From positions 2,336,001 to 2,400,000 of the forward strand of contig CAVWLP010000002.1 of the NCBI GenBank assembly GCA_963755915.1: a stretch of DNA of 64,000 nt. Direction: 5' to 3'. The position numbers and the translations under genes were made by a program. This DNA is from an uncultured Phycisphaerales bacterium (GTDB lineage: Bacteria > Planctomycetota > Phycisphaerae > Tepidisphaerales > Tepidisphaeraceae). Each line of letters starts with the position of its first letter. The stretch's first letter is position 1. The notes under the pieces are model-generated. The model did not search any database. It had not been told where the DNA came from and worked only from the letters and a program-made list of their open reading frames with translations. Shown piece after piece: positions 33,059 through 42,170 of this stretch.

Positions 33059-33896
33059 ATGCGGGCGACGCAGATAGCGAAACGATTTGAGCGGGCGATA
33101 AAGCGTCGTGGAATACTGGGCGCGCTTGCGGTGGCGCCGCGCGGGATGGGCTTCGCTTCGGCCGATCCTGCCCGGATCGGCGCGGCGCGGCAAAAAGCAG
33201 CTTGAGATGGAGCAGCAGTGGGACCTGGAACATGGAGTGGAAACGGAGGGTGTCGTTCATCCTGCAAATCTGGATGCATGCACTGAGAATTGGGTGCATG
33301 GGGTTCAGTATCAGCCGAGTGCTCCGGTGGAATTTCATCGGGTGATTTCGTCGGTGTCACTGGAGTTCGAGCGATTTATTTTCGTGGATGTGGGCTCGGG
33401 GAAGGGGCGCGGACTGGTACTGGCCGCCCAGTATCCGTTTTGCAAAATCATCGGGGTGGAGTTTTCCAGGGGACTTCATGCGGTGGCGCAACGGAATGTC
33501 ATCCGGGCGGGGTTGAACGGGCGCGTAGAGCTGGTTTGTGCGGATATTCTGGATTGGCCGCTGCCGTTCGTTAGAGGGTCACACTTGGAGGGACGCGCTG
33601 CTCTTGATGGGTCGACGCTGCGCCGCGGAGTCGCGGGCAAACGGGGGGAGGAAGTTGCTGATGCGTTGGGTCTGGCGATTTATCTTTATAACCCGTTCGA
33701 TATGGTGGTGATGCGGGGGTTTGTCGCGAGGGTGGAGCGATCGCTGCGGGAGAATTGGCGGCCGACGTGGGTTTTCTATTCGAATCCAAGGGAGGCGCGG
33801 GCGTGGGATGAATCTTCGTCGTTCCGGCGGGCGGCGGAGGGACGGGATGGAGATGGGTACGTGGTTTGGCGGAGCGTGGAGCAGGAGAAGAAATGA
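33059..33896 (+). CDS. Class I SAM-dependent methyltransferase (frameshift near 33140; internal ~35-aa insertion)
   Basis: YQPS, FVDVGSGKGR, IGVEFS, YLYNPF, YSNP. Confidence 0.82.
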
Positions 33897-35091
33897 GCGG
33901 TTTGCCAGTGAGCGTTGGAACGGAGGTGAAGGAGGGGGATCGCGGCGCGGAGCCTACGCGAGAGAAGAGCGCGGCAATTCGGCGCTACGCGGGTGCGGAA
34001 TGTTTGGAATTGATCGCCAATTGCCGTGAAGAATGGATGAAGGCGCTGAGAAGGGGTGCGGGGGGTGCGGTGGACTTGCACGCGGATTTATTAGATTCCG
34101 CATGGGGGGAACGGGCGGTGGTTTTATTCAGCGAGGCGGATGATGAGGGGGAAGGCGCGCGGTTCGCTGCTTTGGCGGGCCAGCCGATCATTTTGCGAAT
34201 GCTGGCGAAACCAAGGGTGCGGGTGCGCCTGTCCGGCCATCGGCTGATCGGCAGCGAGATCGTGGGATGCGCGACGGCGCGGGAGCGCCGTCCGTTCATC
34301 GAGGGGATGTTCGATCTCGTGGCTGGGCGGGAGACCGAATGCGTTATGGTGGACGACCTGGAGGTTGGCTCGGCGATGCAGGAGGCGCTGGCGTCGCAGG
34401 CCGGATCGGATCGGCGCATCATGCTGCATCAGCCGGCGGCATCGCAAGCGAGATGGTGGATTGAGTTTGGGGGAGATCCCGGGCGATATTGGGAGAAATT
34501 TTCGAAAAAAACCCGGGAGACGCTGCGAAGCAAGGTGCGGAAACTGGGGCACGAACTGGTGAAATTCACATCGGTTGACGAGGCGCTGGAATTCTTGAAG
34601 TTGGCGGAAGAGATTTGCGCACGAGCTGGCAGAGCAAGCAGATGGGCTTGCGCATCTCGGATAGCGCGGGATCACGGGAATATTGGCGGAAGGTGGCGGG
34701 AATCGGAGCGTTTCGATCTTATGTTCTGCGGCAGGGGGAGCGACCGATTGCGTTCATGGTTGGACGGCAGTGGGAAGGGAAATTTTATTATGAGGAGGCG
34801 GGATACGATCTGGCGTTGGCCAAGCAATCGCCGGGGACGGTGCTGCAGGTGCGAGTGATTGAGGATTTGATCGAACACGACACGCCGCGTTTATTCGATT
34901 TCAGCTTTGGCGATGGAGAGCACAAACGGTTTTTCGGGAATCGACAGACGAGCAGCGCGGCGGTTTTGGTGCTGCGGAGGTCGTGGAGAAACCTGGCGAT
35001 TTCGGGACTTCAGCGGGCCAGTGCCTCGGCGGTGGCGAGTCTTCGTTCATCGAGGTTGTACAAGCGACTGCGCCGGGCGCAGCGGGCGTGA
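33893..35091 (+). CDS. CelD/BcsL-type GNAT acyltransferase (frameshift near 34620)
   Basis: FSKKTR, SWQ, GYD...SPGTVL, FDFSFGDGEHKRFFGN. Confidence 0.82.
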
Positions 35092-35097
35092 ATCAGG

Positions 35098-36075
35098 ATG
35101 AATCGAAGGGCGTATATTCTGGTTCTGATGGTGGCGGCGCTGGCGGGGACGATGTGGGTGATCTCGCCACAGGCTGACGTGGCGGACACTACGGCGGGGG
35201 CGAGTACGCAGCCGGATCTGGGGGTGGGGGCGAGTTTGCACGGCCGGCGGATGTTTCCGGCGGATAACTGGTGGAACCGGGATATATCGAACGATCCGGT
35301 AGATGCGGATTCAGATGCGATTGTGGCGGGGATCGGGGTGGGGAAGTCGCTGCATCCGGATTTTGGGACGGGGCAGAACGGGGCGGCGTATGGGATTCCG
35401 TATATGGTGGTGAGCGGGGACCAGGCGAAGGTTCCGGTGAGGTTTTCGACGAATGATGAGAGTGATGCGGGGCCGTATCCAATTCCGCCGGACGCGCCGG
35501 TGGAGGGGGGAGCGAACAGCGACGGCGATCGGCATGTGATCGTGCTGGATCGGGACCACTGGATGTTGTACGAGATTTTTGCGGCGCGGCAGAATCCGGA
35601 TGGGTCGGGATGGAGCGGGTATTCGGGGGCGATTTTTGATCTGAATTCGAATCGGCTCAGGCCCAGCGGGTGGACGAGCGCGGACGCGGCGGGGTTGCCG
35701 ATATTGCCGGGGCTGGTGAGATATGACGAGGTGGTGGAGCAGGGGCATATCGATCATGCGCTGCGGTTTACGTGCCGGCGGACACGGCGGGCGTTTATCG
35801 CGCCGGCGACGCATTTTGCGGCGCATTCGGACAGTGCGGATTTGCCGCCGATGGGCATGCGGGTGAGGCTGAAGGCGTCGGTGGATATTGACGGGTTTCC
35901 CCCGACGGCGCAGGTGGTGCTAAAGGCGTTGAAGCAGTATGGGATGATATTGGCGGATAATGGGGGGAGTTGGTTTATCAGCGGGGCGCCTGATCCGCGG
36001 TGGAACGATGCGGAGATCGAGACGCTGAAGCGGGTTCATGGGGGGGATTTTGAGGTGGTGCAGATGGAGCAGTAG
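35098..36075 (+). CDS. Conserved exported hypothetical protein
   Basis: Signal/TM N-terminus; FPADNWWN, GDRHVIV, GWTSADAAGLP, IDHALRF, YGMILADNG. Confidence 0.8.
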   Translation: MNRRAYILVLMVAALAGTMWVISPQADVADTTAGASTQPDLGVGASLHGRRMFPADNWWNRDISNDPVDADSDAIVAGIGVGKSLHPDFGTGQNGAAYGIPYMVVSGDQAKVPVRFSTNDESDAGPYPIPPDAPVEGGANSDGDRHVIVLDRDHWMLYEIFAARQNPDGSGWSGYSGAIFDLNSNRLRPSGWTSADAAGLPILPGLVRYDEVVEQGHIDHALRFTCRRTRRAFIAPATHFAAHSDSADLPPMGMRVRLKASVDIDGFPPTAQVVLKALKQYGMILADNGGSWFISGAPDPRWNDAEIETLKRVHGGDFEVVQMEQ

Positions 36076-36079
36076 ATTC

Positions 36080-36114
36080 GATTGCCGAATGCCGATTGCC
36101 AAATGCCGAATGAA
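36080..36114 (+). repeat. 5x7-bp tandem repeat (GAATGCC-type)
   Basis: gattgcc gaatgcc gattgcc aaatgcc gaatgaa; related arrays at 30209 and 31069. Confidence 0.85.
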
Positions 36115-36192
36115 AGGCGCGTAGGGCGTGCCTTTTGTTCGGCATTTGTCGTTTGGGGGGAAAGGGAACTGAGGAGCGTTGGCGGATTTTGC

Positions 36193-36220
36193 TTGACGGA
36201 AGGAGAAACCGCTGTAGCAT
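36193..36220 (+). promoter_or_regulatory. Putative sigma70 promoter for the GH10 PEP-CTERM gene
   Basis: TTGACG-N16-TAGCAT, about 75 bp upstream of the GGAGG-preceded ATG at 36295. Confidence 0.4.
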
Positions 36221-36294
36221 AGTAACCGTTTACTCTGAAGATTTCCGAGCGTTTTAGAGGTTGCCGAGCAATTTGTTTGCGGAGGACTCGGTCA

Positions 36295-39252
36295 ATGAAA
36301 TCGTTGAAGCGTTGCCTGGCGGCGGCGGTGTGGGGAGTTCCTGCGTTTGGCTGGGGGCAGACGGTAATAAACGGGGACAACATGGCGCTGCTATCGAGCG
36401 GCGCGGCCAGCGGGAGCGGCTGGACATTGAGCAGCGATGGGTATGTGGGGAGCTACATCACCCTGGGGACCGCGGAACCGGTGACGTTTACACTGAATGC
36501 AAGCGGTGTTGCGTCGAACGGGCTGAATCCGGACATGTCGCTGTCGATCGCGGACAGCACGGATTCGTTCAGCGTGACGCCGGGGAGCTCGAATAATTAT
36601 ACGTATACGACGCCCACGCTGCCGGCGGGGACGTATCTGGTGCGGACGCAACTGGACAACCAGAATGCGACGCAGACGCCGAGTTTGACGGTGAATTCGA
36701 TGACGGTTTCGGGGGCGGGGATCTCGGTTTTGCAGGGGTCGGCGAACAACAGCAGCACCAATGCGATGGCGGCGGCGACGACATATGCGCAGAATTTCCG
36801 GTCGGGTTCGGCGACGATTTCGCTGACGAATGGAAATGGGCTGCAGCTTGGGGCGGGGACACAGGTGCAGGTGAAGCTGATCAGCAATGCGTTTACGTTT
36901 GCGGGGGCGGTGTATGGGTTCGATCCGTACTATGAGCCGGCGCAGTGGTTAAACGGAGGGGTTTCCACGCCGGTGAGCTCGGCGCCGAACACGACGGAGG
37001 AGATCAGTTATCAGAACGCGATTCTGTCGAATTTCAACGCGATTGTGCCGTCGAATGCGGGGAAATGGGGGAACAACGAGAACACGCAGGGAAGCGTGAA
37101 CATGAATACGGTTGACGCGATGACGGATTTCGCGGTGCAGCATGGGCTGGCGGTGCGGATGCATAACGGTTTTTGGGGGGCGACGGAGCAGCCGGGGTTC
37201 GTCAATACCTGGTTCAGCGCGATCGACAGCGGGTCACCGAACGCGGCGGCAGATCTCGCGTCCCTCAAGAGCGCGATGACGAGCCGGGTGAATTATTATT
37301 TGTCGGGAAACAACGGGGCGCTGGGGACGCCGCGGACGGACAGTTACCAGGAAGTGGATCTTTTTAACGAGCTTTGGCATACGCAGGCGGATTCGGACAA
37401 TTACCTCGGGGTGCTGGGGTATCAGGGGGTGGCGAATTATTACGCGCAAGCGGCGACGGATATTAAGAATGCGGGGGCGAATACGCGGCTGTACACGAAT
37501 GAGTACAACGTGCTTCAGTTTTCGCCGGCGACGATAAGCAGCAGCGGCGCGGCGAGCGGGTCGGACCCATATGCGAACTGGTATTTGAAGGGGATTCAGA
37601 CGATTCAGAACGATGGGGGGCCGATTTCGGGGGTGGGGATGGAACTGTACGTCGATACGAACGACGCGGTGAACGCGGCGCAGATGGAAGATGCGATGCA
37701 GAATTTGTCGGTGGACAAGACGGCCAGCGGAGCGGCGGCGGCGTTGTCGCTGACGGAATTCGGGGTTGGGACGGGGGATTCACCGTCGAACAGCACGTAC
37801 GATACGGATTTGACGACGGCGCTGACGATGATTTACGGGACGCCGCAGGCGACGACGTTTGGGTATTGGGCGGGAATTGGGGGACCGAACGACAACACTC
37901 CCTACTCGCTTTACAACAGCAGCTATCAGCTCACGTCGGCGGGGCAGACGTTTGAGAACTGGATGAGCCAATGGCAGACGAACGATACGCTGACGACGAA
38001 TTCCAGCGGGCAGGTTTCGTTTAACGGGACGTATGGCCTGTACGACGTGATCGTGGACGGAGTGACGTATGAGCTGGACCTGGTGAAGGGGACGACGAAT
38101 TACGGGATGATGACGCCAATCAGCGGGGCGACGTGGACTGGGGGTGGCGCGGATAATAATTGGAATACGGCTGGGAACTGGGGGAGCACGGCGCTGACGG
38201 CGAATGCGCCGCTGGTTTTTGCGGGGAATGCGAATCTTTCGCCGAACAATAACTCGGCGGCGAATACGGCTTATTCGGGGATTACGTTCAATCCGGGGGC
38301 GGCAGCGTTTTCGATCGGGGGGAATGCGATTGAACTCTCTGGGAACATCGTGAACAACAGCAGCAATTCGCAGGCGATCAACCTGAACATCGCGCTGGAA
38401 GCGAACGCGACGCTGAATACGGCAAGCGGGAACCTGGCGATCGGGGGGAATATCAGCGGGGCGTTTTCGATCACCAAAACCGGGGCAAATATCCTGACGC
38501 TTTCGGGGACGAACAGTTACAGCGGTGCGACGACGGTTAGCACGGGCGGGCTGGTGGTGGGGTCGGCGGGGGCGCTGCCGGCGATGACGAGCCTGGCGAT
38601 TGGGAACGCGACGTCGGTGCAGCTAAGCACCGGCGTCGGGCAGGTGACGGTGGCGGGGCTGTCGATCGCGGGGACAGGGGTGCTGGATATCACGAACAAT
38701 CACATGATCATCACCTACGGGTCGAGCGATCCGATCGGGACGATCGAGGGGTATCTTGCCAGCGGGTTTAACAATGGGGAGTGGAATGGGCCGGGGATTA
38801 TTTCTTCGGCGGCGCAGACGCTGAATAATGGGCTGGAGTATGGGGTCGGATTCGCGGACGGGGCGGATGGGGTGGTGGCGGGGTTGAGTTCGGGGCAGAT
38901 TGAATTGAAATACACCCTGCTGGGAGATGCGAATCTGGATGGGACGGTGAACGGGTCGGACTTCAGCATCCTGGCGTCGAACTTTGGAACCGGGGCGACG
39001 AACTGGGACCAGGGGAATTTTCTGTTCAGCAGCTCAGTGAATGGGTCGGATTTCTCGGCGCTGGCGGCAAACTTTGGGCAGGGAGACAACGGGGCGGATA
39101 ATGAGGTGACGCCGGCGGACGTGGCGGCGCTGGATGCGTTTGCGGCGGCGAATGGATTGCTGGCGGATGTTCCGGAGCCGGGGTGCGCGGCGCTGGCGGG
39201 GATTGGGGTGCTAATCGCGGCGCGACGGCGTGTGCGGCGCGTGGGGAAATAA
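36295..39252 (+). CDS. GH10 glycoside hydrolase with autotransporter-associated beta-strand repeat, dockerin-like region and PEP-CTERM signal
   Basis: Signal peptide; NAGKW, RMHNGFW, DLFNE (acid/base), YTNEYN, LTEFG (nucleophile); TKTGANILTLSGTNSYSGAT; GDANLDGTVNGSDF; VPEP+TM+RRR. Confidence 0.88.
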   Translation: MKSLKRCLAAAVWGVPAFGWGQTVINGDNMALLSSGAASGSGWTLSSDGYVGSYITLGTAEPVTFTLNASGVASNGLNPDMSLSIADSTDSFSVTPGSSNNYTYTTPTLPAGTYLVRTQLDNQNATQTPSLTVNSMTVSGAGISVLQGSANNSSTNAMAAATTYAQNFRSGSATISLTNGNGLQLGAGTQVQVKLISNAFTFAGAVYGFDPYYEPAQWLNGGVSTPVSSAPNTTEEISYQNAILSNFNAIVPSNAGKWGNNENTQGSVNMNTVDAMTDFAVQHGLAVRMHNGFWGATEQPGFVNTWFSAIDSGSPNAAADLASLKSAMTSRVNYYLSGNNGALGTPRTDSYQEVDLFNELWHTQADSDNYLGVLGYQGVANYYAQAATDIKNAGANTRLYTNEYNVLQFSPATISSSGAASGSDPYANWYLKGIQTIQNDGGPISGVGMELYVDTNDAVNAAQMEDAMQNLSVDKTASGAAAALSLTEFGVGTGDSPSNSTYDTDLTTALTMIYGTPQATTFGYWAGIGGPNDNTPYSLYNSSYQLTSAGQTFENWMSQWQTNDTLTTNSSGQVSFNGTYGLYDVIVDGVTYELDLVKGTTNYGMMTPISGATWTGGGADNNWNTAGNWGSTALTANAPLVFAGNANLSPNNNSAANTAYSGITFNPGAAAFSIGGNAIELSGNIVNNSSNSQAINLNIALEANATLNTASGNLAIGGNISGAFSITKTGANILTLSGTNSYSGATTVSTGGLVVGSAGALPAMTSLAIGNATSVQLSTGVGQVTVAGLSIAGTGVLDITNNHMIITYGSSDPIGTIEGYLASGFNNGEWNGPGIISSAAQTLNNGLEYGVGFADGADGVVAGLSSGQIELKYTLLGDANLDGTVNGSDFSILASNFGTGATNWDQGNFLFSSSVNGSDFSALAANFGQGDNGADNEVTPADVAALDAFAAANGLLADVPEPGCAALAGIGVLIAARRRVRRVGK

Positions 39253-39278
39253 AAAAGGCCCGCTCACAAGAGCGGGCC
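39251..39278 (-). terminator. Intrinsic terminator between convergent PEP-CTERM genes
   Basis: GGCCCGCTC-acaa-GAGCGGGCC stem next to an A6 run (U-tract on the minus strand). Confidence 0.75.
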
Positions 39279-39301
39279 GATGTGATTTTAGCATTAGACA
39301 A

Positions 39302-39949
39302 CTAAATCGCAGTTGAGCCGTCAATCAGGCGACGGTTTTGCGCCCGGCGACCGAGCAGAGCTGCGCTGGTCAATCCCATAATAGCGAGAGTGGTGGGCTC
39401 CGGGACGTACGGAGTGGTGATGGTGTTGACCACTTTTTGGTTGCCGGTTTCGGTGTCCTCGGCACCAGAGGCGCCGTAGGTGTTGACGCCTGTATTGAGG
39501 TCGGTGGTCCAGAGGGTCAGAATTCCGCTTGCGCCTGCGCCGGGTTCGGAGTAGCTGGAGCCGTTGTAGGCGAAGCTTAGATTCTCAATGCTGGGATTGT
39601 CTACGTGTCCCAACGAGGCCATCTGGGTATTGAGAGCGGGATCGATGGCATTTCCGGTTAGTTGCTGGGTGAGATTGAGGTTGGCGGTACCGAAGCCAGT
39701 GATTCCGGTGAGGGACCATGCGTCGGGGCCAGTAGTGATAAGGTCGGGGAAGTCGTAGATGACAAATCCCTGGCCTGTATTGACGGTCCCGTTACTGGCG
39801 GCGACGAATGATATTGAATACTGATATTCGCCCGTCGCCGGGTTGGATGAGGAGTTGCCGATACTGAAGGTTGCCCTTGCGGCTTGGGTGCCGAAGAGCA
39901 AGACAGCGACAGTGAGACTGCCCAAAAGCGATAGATTCTTTCCGATCAT
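39302..39949 (-). CDS. PEP-CTERM surface protein
   Basis: GGAGGGG RBS, signal peptide ending ARA, Ser/Thr/Asn/Gly-rich body, VPEPTTLAIMGLTSAALLGRR. Confidence 0.88.
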   Translation of the reverse strand: MIGKNLSLLGSLTVAVLLFGTQAARATFSIGNSSSNPATGEYQYSISFVAASNGTVNTGQGFVIYDFPDLITTGPDAWSLTGITGFGTANLNLTQQLTGNAIDPALNTQMASLGHVDNPSIENLSFAYNGSSYSEPGAGASGILTLWTTDLNTGVNTYGASGAEDTETGNQKVVNTITTPYVPEPTTLAIMGLTSAALLGRRAQNRRLIDGSTAI

Positions 39950-40093
39950 AAGGCCCCTCCGGGGTTGCCGAATGTTTGTGCCAAAAAGCGACATACAATC
40001 CTTTAAACGCGACAGATAAGTTGCAAAAAAAATCACTTCCGAACAAAACTTCAACTGATTATTCGACCACGACTGCCTTCGCCTGAAGAGGAA

Positions 40094-40759
40094 TTAATTC
40101 AAAGCCTCCGGTGGCAAGCGGAGTTTTTTCGCGAGCCCCGCACAAAGGAGCAGGGACATTAAGACGCCGCCGCCCCAGAACGACGCGGGGAGAGCGACGG
40201 GTATACTTCCAAATGTCGGGCTTCCGGGAACATAGACGGTGCTGTTGTCGAGCGCCGCTACTATCGAAAGATTCGACGGGGGTTGTCGTATATCCGCTGG
40301 TGGGAAGCGCGGTAATGGTCAAGATTCCCGTGTAAGTGGAGTTAGTGATTTCGGGGCCGGTATAGGAGTAGCTCAGATTGGTAAAGCCGTTGGTGCCACT
40401 AGTGCCGGCGTTATTGTCCAACAAGTTGTTGGTGAGGGTGACCGTAGAGGCAGGGAACATCACGGGCCCGGAAGATGAGGAGATGGCGTTGAAGAAGGTG
40501 CTGGTGGTCGGGGAGAAGGTTCCGGGCAGGCCGGGGATGGTGAGGCTCGAACCTGTAAATCCGGCGATGTTGTAAATGACGAATCCATTGCCGTTGGTGA
40601 CGTCGGCAAGAGGATCGATAGAAATATTGTAGGTATAAACGCCGGCGCCAGGATTGACCGAAAAAGAGGTGACGCTGATGGTGTCGGCACCGGCGAATCG
40701 GCAAATGGACAGAAGGCAGCCGAGAGCGACGACGGACAGGATGGTGGATCGTGGCGCAT
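40094..40759 (-). CDS. Paralogous surface protein with VPLPA-like (VALPASFWGG) sorting signal; several frameshifts
   Basis: Reconstructed: signal peptide STILSVVALGCLLSICRFAGA, then GVYTYNI...GNGFVIY...NLSYSYTG...GILTI, ending IPVALPASFW(G)GGVLMSLLLCAGLAKKLR. Confidence 0.7.
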
Positions 40760-40876
40760 AATTGCATCCCCTTTCCGTGCACGATGGATTTTTACGGCTT
40801 TATGCATTTTCTCCGACCTCGCCGTAAGTATGGACTTGTCTGAAGGCAGTACACCCGAAACCTGACTTCAGCCAAT

Positions 40877-40905
40877 AAAGTAACGGTACAGGCCGCAAGT
40901 GTCAA
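40877..40905 (-). promoter_or_regulatory. Putative sigma70 promoter for the minus-strand surface-protein pair
   Basis: Minus strand reads TTGACA-N17-TACTTT in an AT-rich intergenic region. Confidence 0.55.
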
Positions 40906-41141
40906 TCAAATTAACATTATTTAACGGTTCCTGCGATTGGGGAGCAAACGGTTGCATAAAGCCAAGGGCTGTCGCAATCGACGCATCCATAAATCGCCGT
41001 ATGTTATTTATTTGAAATAATTTAGCATACGATTAGGAAACGATGGATTTTATTTGTTGGATTGGAAGGGTGGCGTGCGTTATATCCTAACATTATACGA
41101 ACTAAAGATTCTCCGCATTTTTTGCGCGAGTTTGCGTGCAT

Positions 41142-41270
41142 ATGTTCGCCGAACTGGGGGCGATTGGGATTGCCGACCTGAATACTTTGAGCGGAGTGGT
41201 GCGGGCTCATCAGGGGGCGAAGGAAGCGGGGCGCCGGCTTTGCGTGGGTGCGCAATGCGGTGGGTGGTAA
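41142..41270 (+). pseudogene. dnaE2: Remnant of the error-prone DNA polymerase DnaE2 PHP N-terminus
   Basis: 42-aa ORF MFAELGAIGIADLNTLSGVVRAHQGAKEAGRRLCVGA matches the DnaE2 N-terminal pattern with an internal deletion. Confidence 0.7.
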
Positions 41271-41339
41271 TCGAAAGACGCGCCCCACAAGTGGGGCGGC
41301 TACACGGAAGAGGATGCTCTGGGATCGCGCCTGTTCTTT

Positions 41340-41804
41340 TCAGGTGCGATGCTGTCCCGGCTGGTATTGACCCGCGACGGTGCGGAAGGCGACGCTGAGG
41401 CGGTTCCAGCCGTTGATGGTGACGATGGCCATTGTGAGCTTGACGAGTTCTTCCTCGCCGAAATGGGCGCGGACGCGGTCGTAGACGTCGTCGGGGACGA
41501 AGCCGTCGGTGAGAAGGGTGACGGATTCGGTCCATTCGAAGGCGGCGCGTTCGCGGTCGGTGTAGTAGGGGTTTTCGCGCCAGGCGGTGAGGCCATAGAG
41601 GCGCTGTTCGGTTTCGCCGGCGGCGCGGAGGTCCTTCCAGTGCATGTCGATGCAGAAGGCGCACTGGTTGATCTGGGAGGCGCGGAGTTTGACGAGCTCG
41701 ACGAGCCGTTGGTCGATGCCGCTGGAGCGGACATAGCGTTCCACGGTTGCCTGGGCTTTGTATGCGTCGGGAACCAACTCGTGCCAGTTGATTCTTTCTT
41801 TCAT
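41340..41804 (-). CDS. AhpD-like / carboxymuconolactone decarboxylase family protein
   Basis: LVKLRASQINQCAFCIDMH, ERAA..WTE, INGWNR. Confidence 0.92.
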   Translation of the reverse strand: MKERINWHELVPDAYKAQATVERYVRSSGIDQRLVELVKLRASQINQCAFCIDMHWKDLRAAGETEQRLYGLTAWRENPYYTDRERAAFEWTESVTLLTDGFVPDDVYDRVRAHFGEEELVKLTMAIVTINGWNRLSVAFRTVAGQYQPGQHRT

Positions 41805-41825
41805 TTTTGGGGGCTCCGAGTTTTT

Positions 41826-42170
41826 TTAATGGGCGGGGGCGCGCAGATGGATGATCGTGGGGGCGCCCGTCGCGGGTTCGATGCGGAGGTGGACGTCGCC
41901 GTTGTGGTCGGTTACCTCGCGGATGTTGAGGGGCAGGTGGATCATGTGATCGAGGTGAGGATTGTCTATACCGCCGGCGCTGATTTGCACGGTGGAGGGG
42001 CGTGTGCCCTTGGTGTCGAAGCTGATGCCGTGGAAGGCGAGGCAGGCGGCGAGGCTTTTCTCGCCGAAGCTTTCCTGGATTTCGATGTTGGCGGTCCAGC
42101 CCTCGTGATCGCGGCTGAACTGAGAGAAGAATGCGGACCACTGTTCGGGCGGGATGGTTTGGTTCTGCAT
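41826..42170 (-). CDS. DUF5335-like hypothetical protein
   Basis: IPPEQWSAFFSQFSRDHEGW...GISFD...HMI..P. Confidence 0.7.
   Translation of the reverse strand: MQNQTIPPEQWSAFFSQFSRDHEGWTANIEIQESFGEKSLAACLAFHGISFDTKGTRPSTVQISAGGIDNPHLDHMIHLPLNIREVTDHNGDVHLRIEPATGAPTIIHLRAPAH

Noticed and set aside
28734-36114. Short repeat arrays as a CRISPR array
   Set aside because: Units are 7-10 bp tandem repeats without unique spacers, and no cas genes are present.
41135-41148. CGTGCATATGTTCG as a Gram-positive-type SOS box at the dnaE2 remnant
   Set aside because: Two mismatches to CGAAC-N4-GTTCG, it overlaps coding sequence, and the LexA motif of this lineage is not established from this window.
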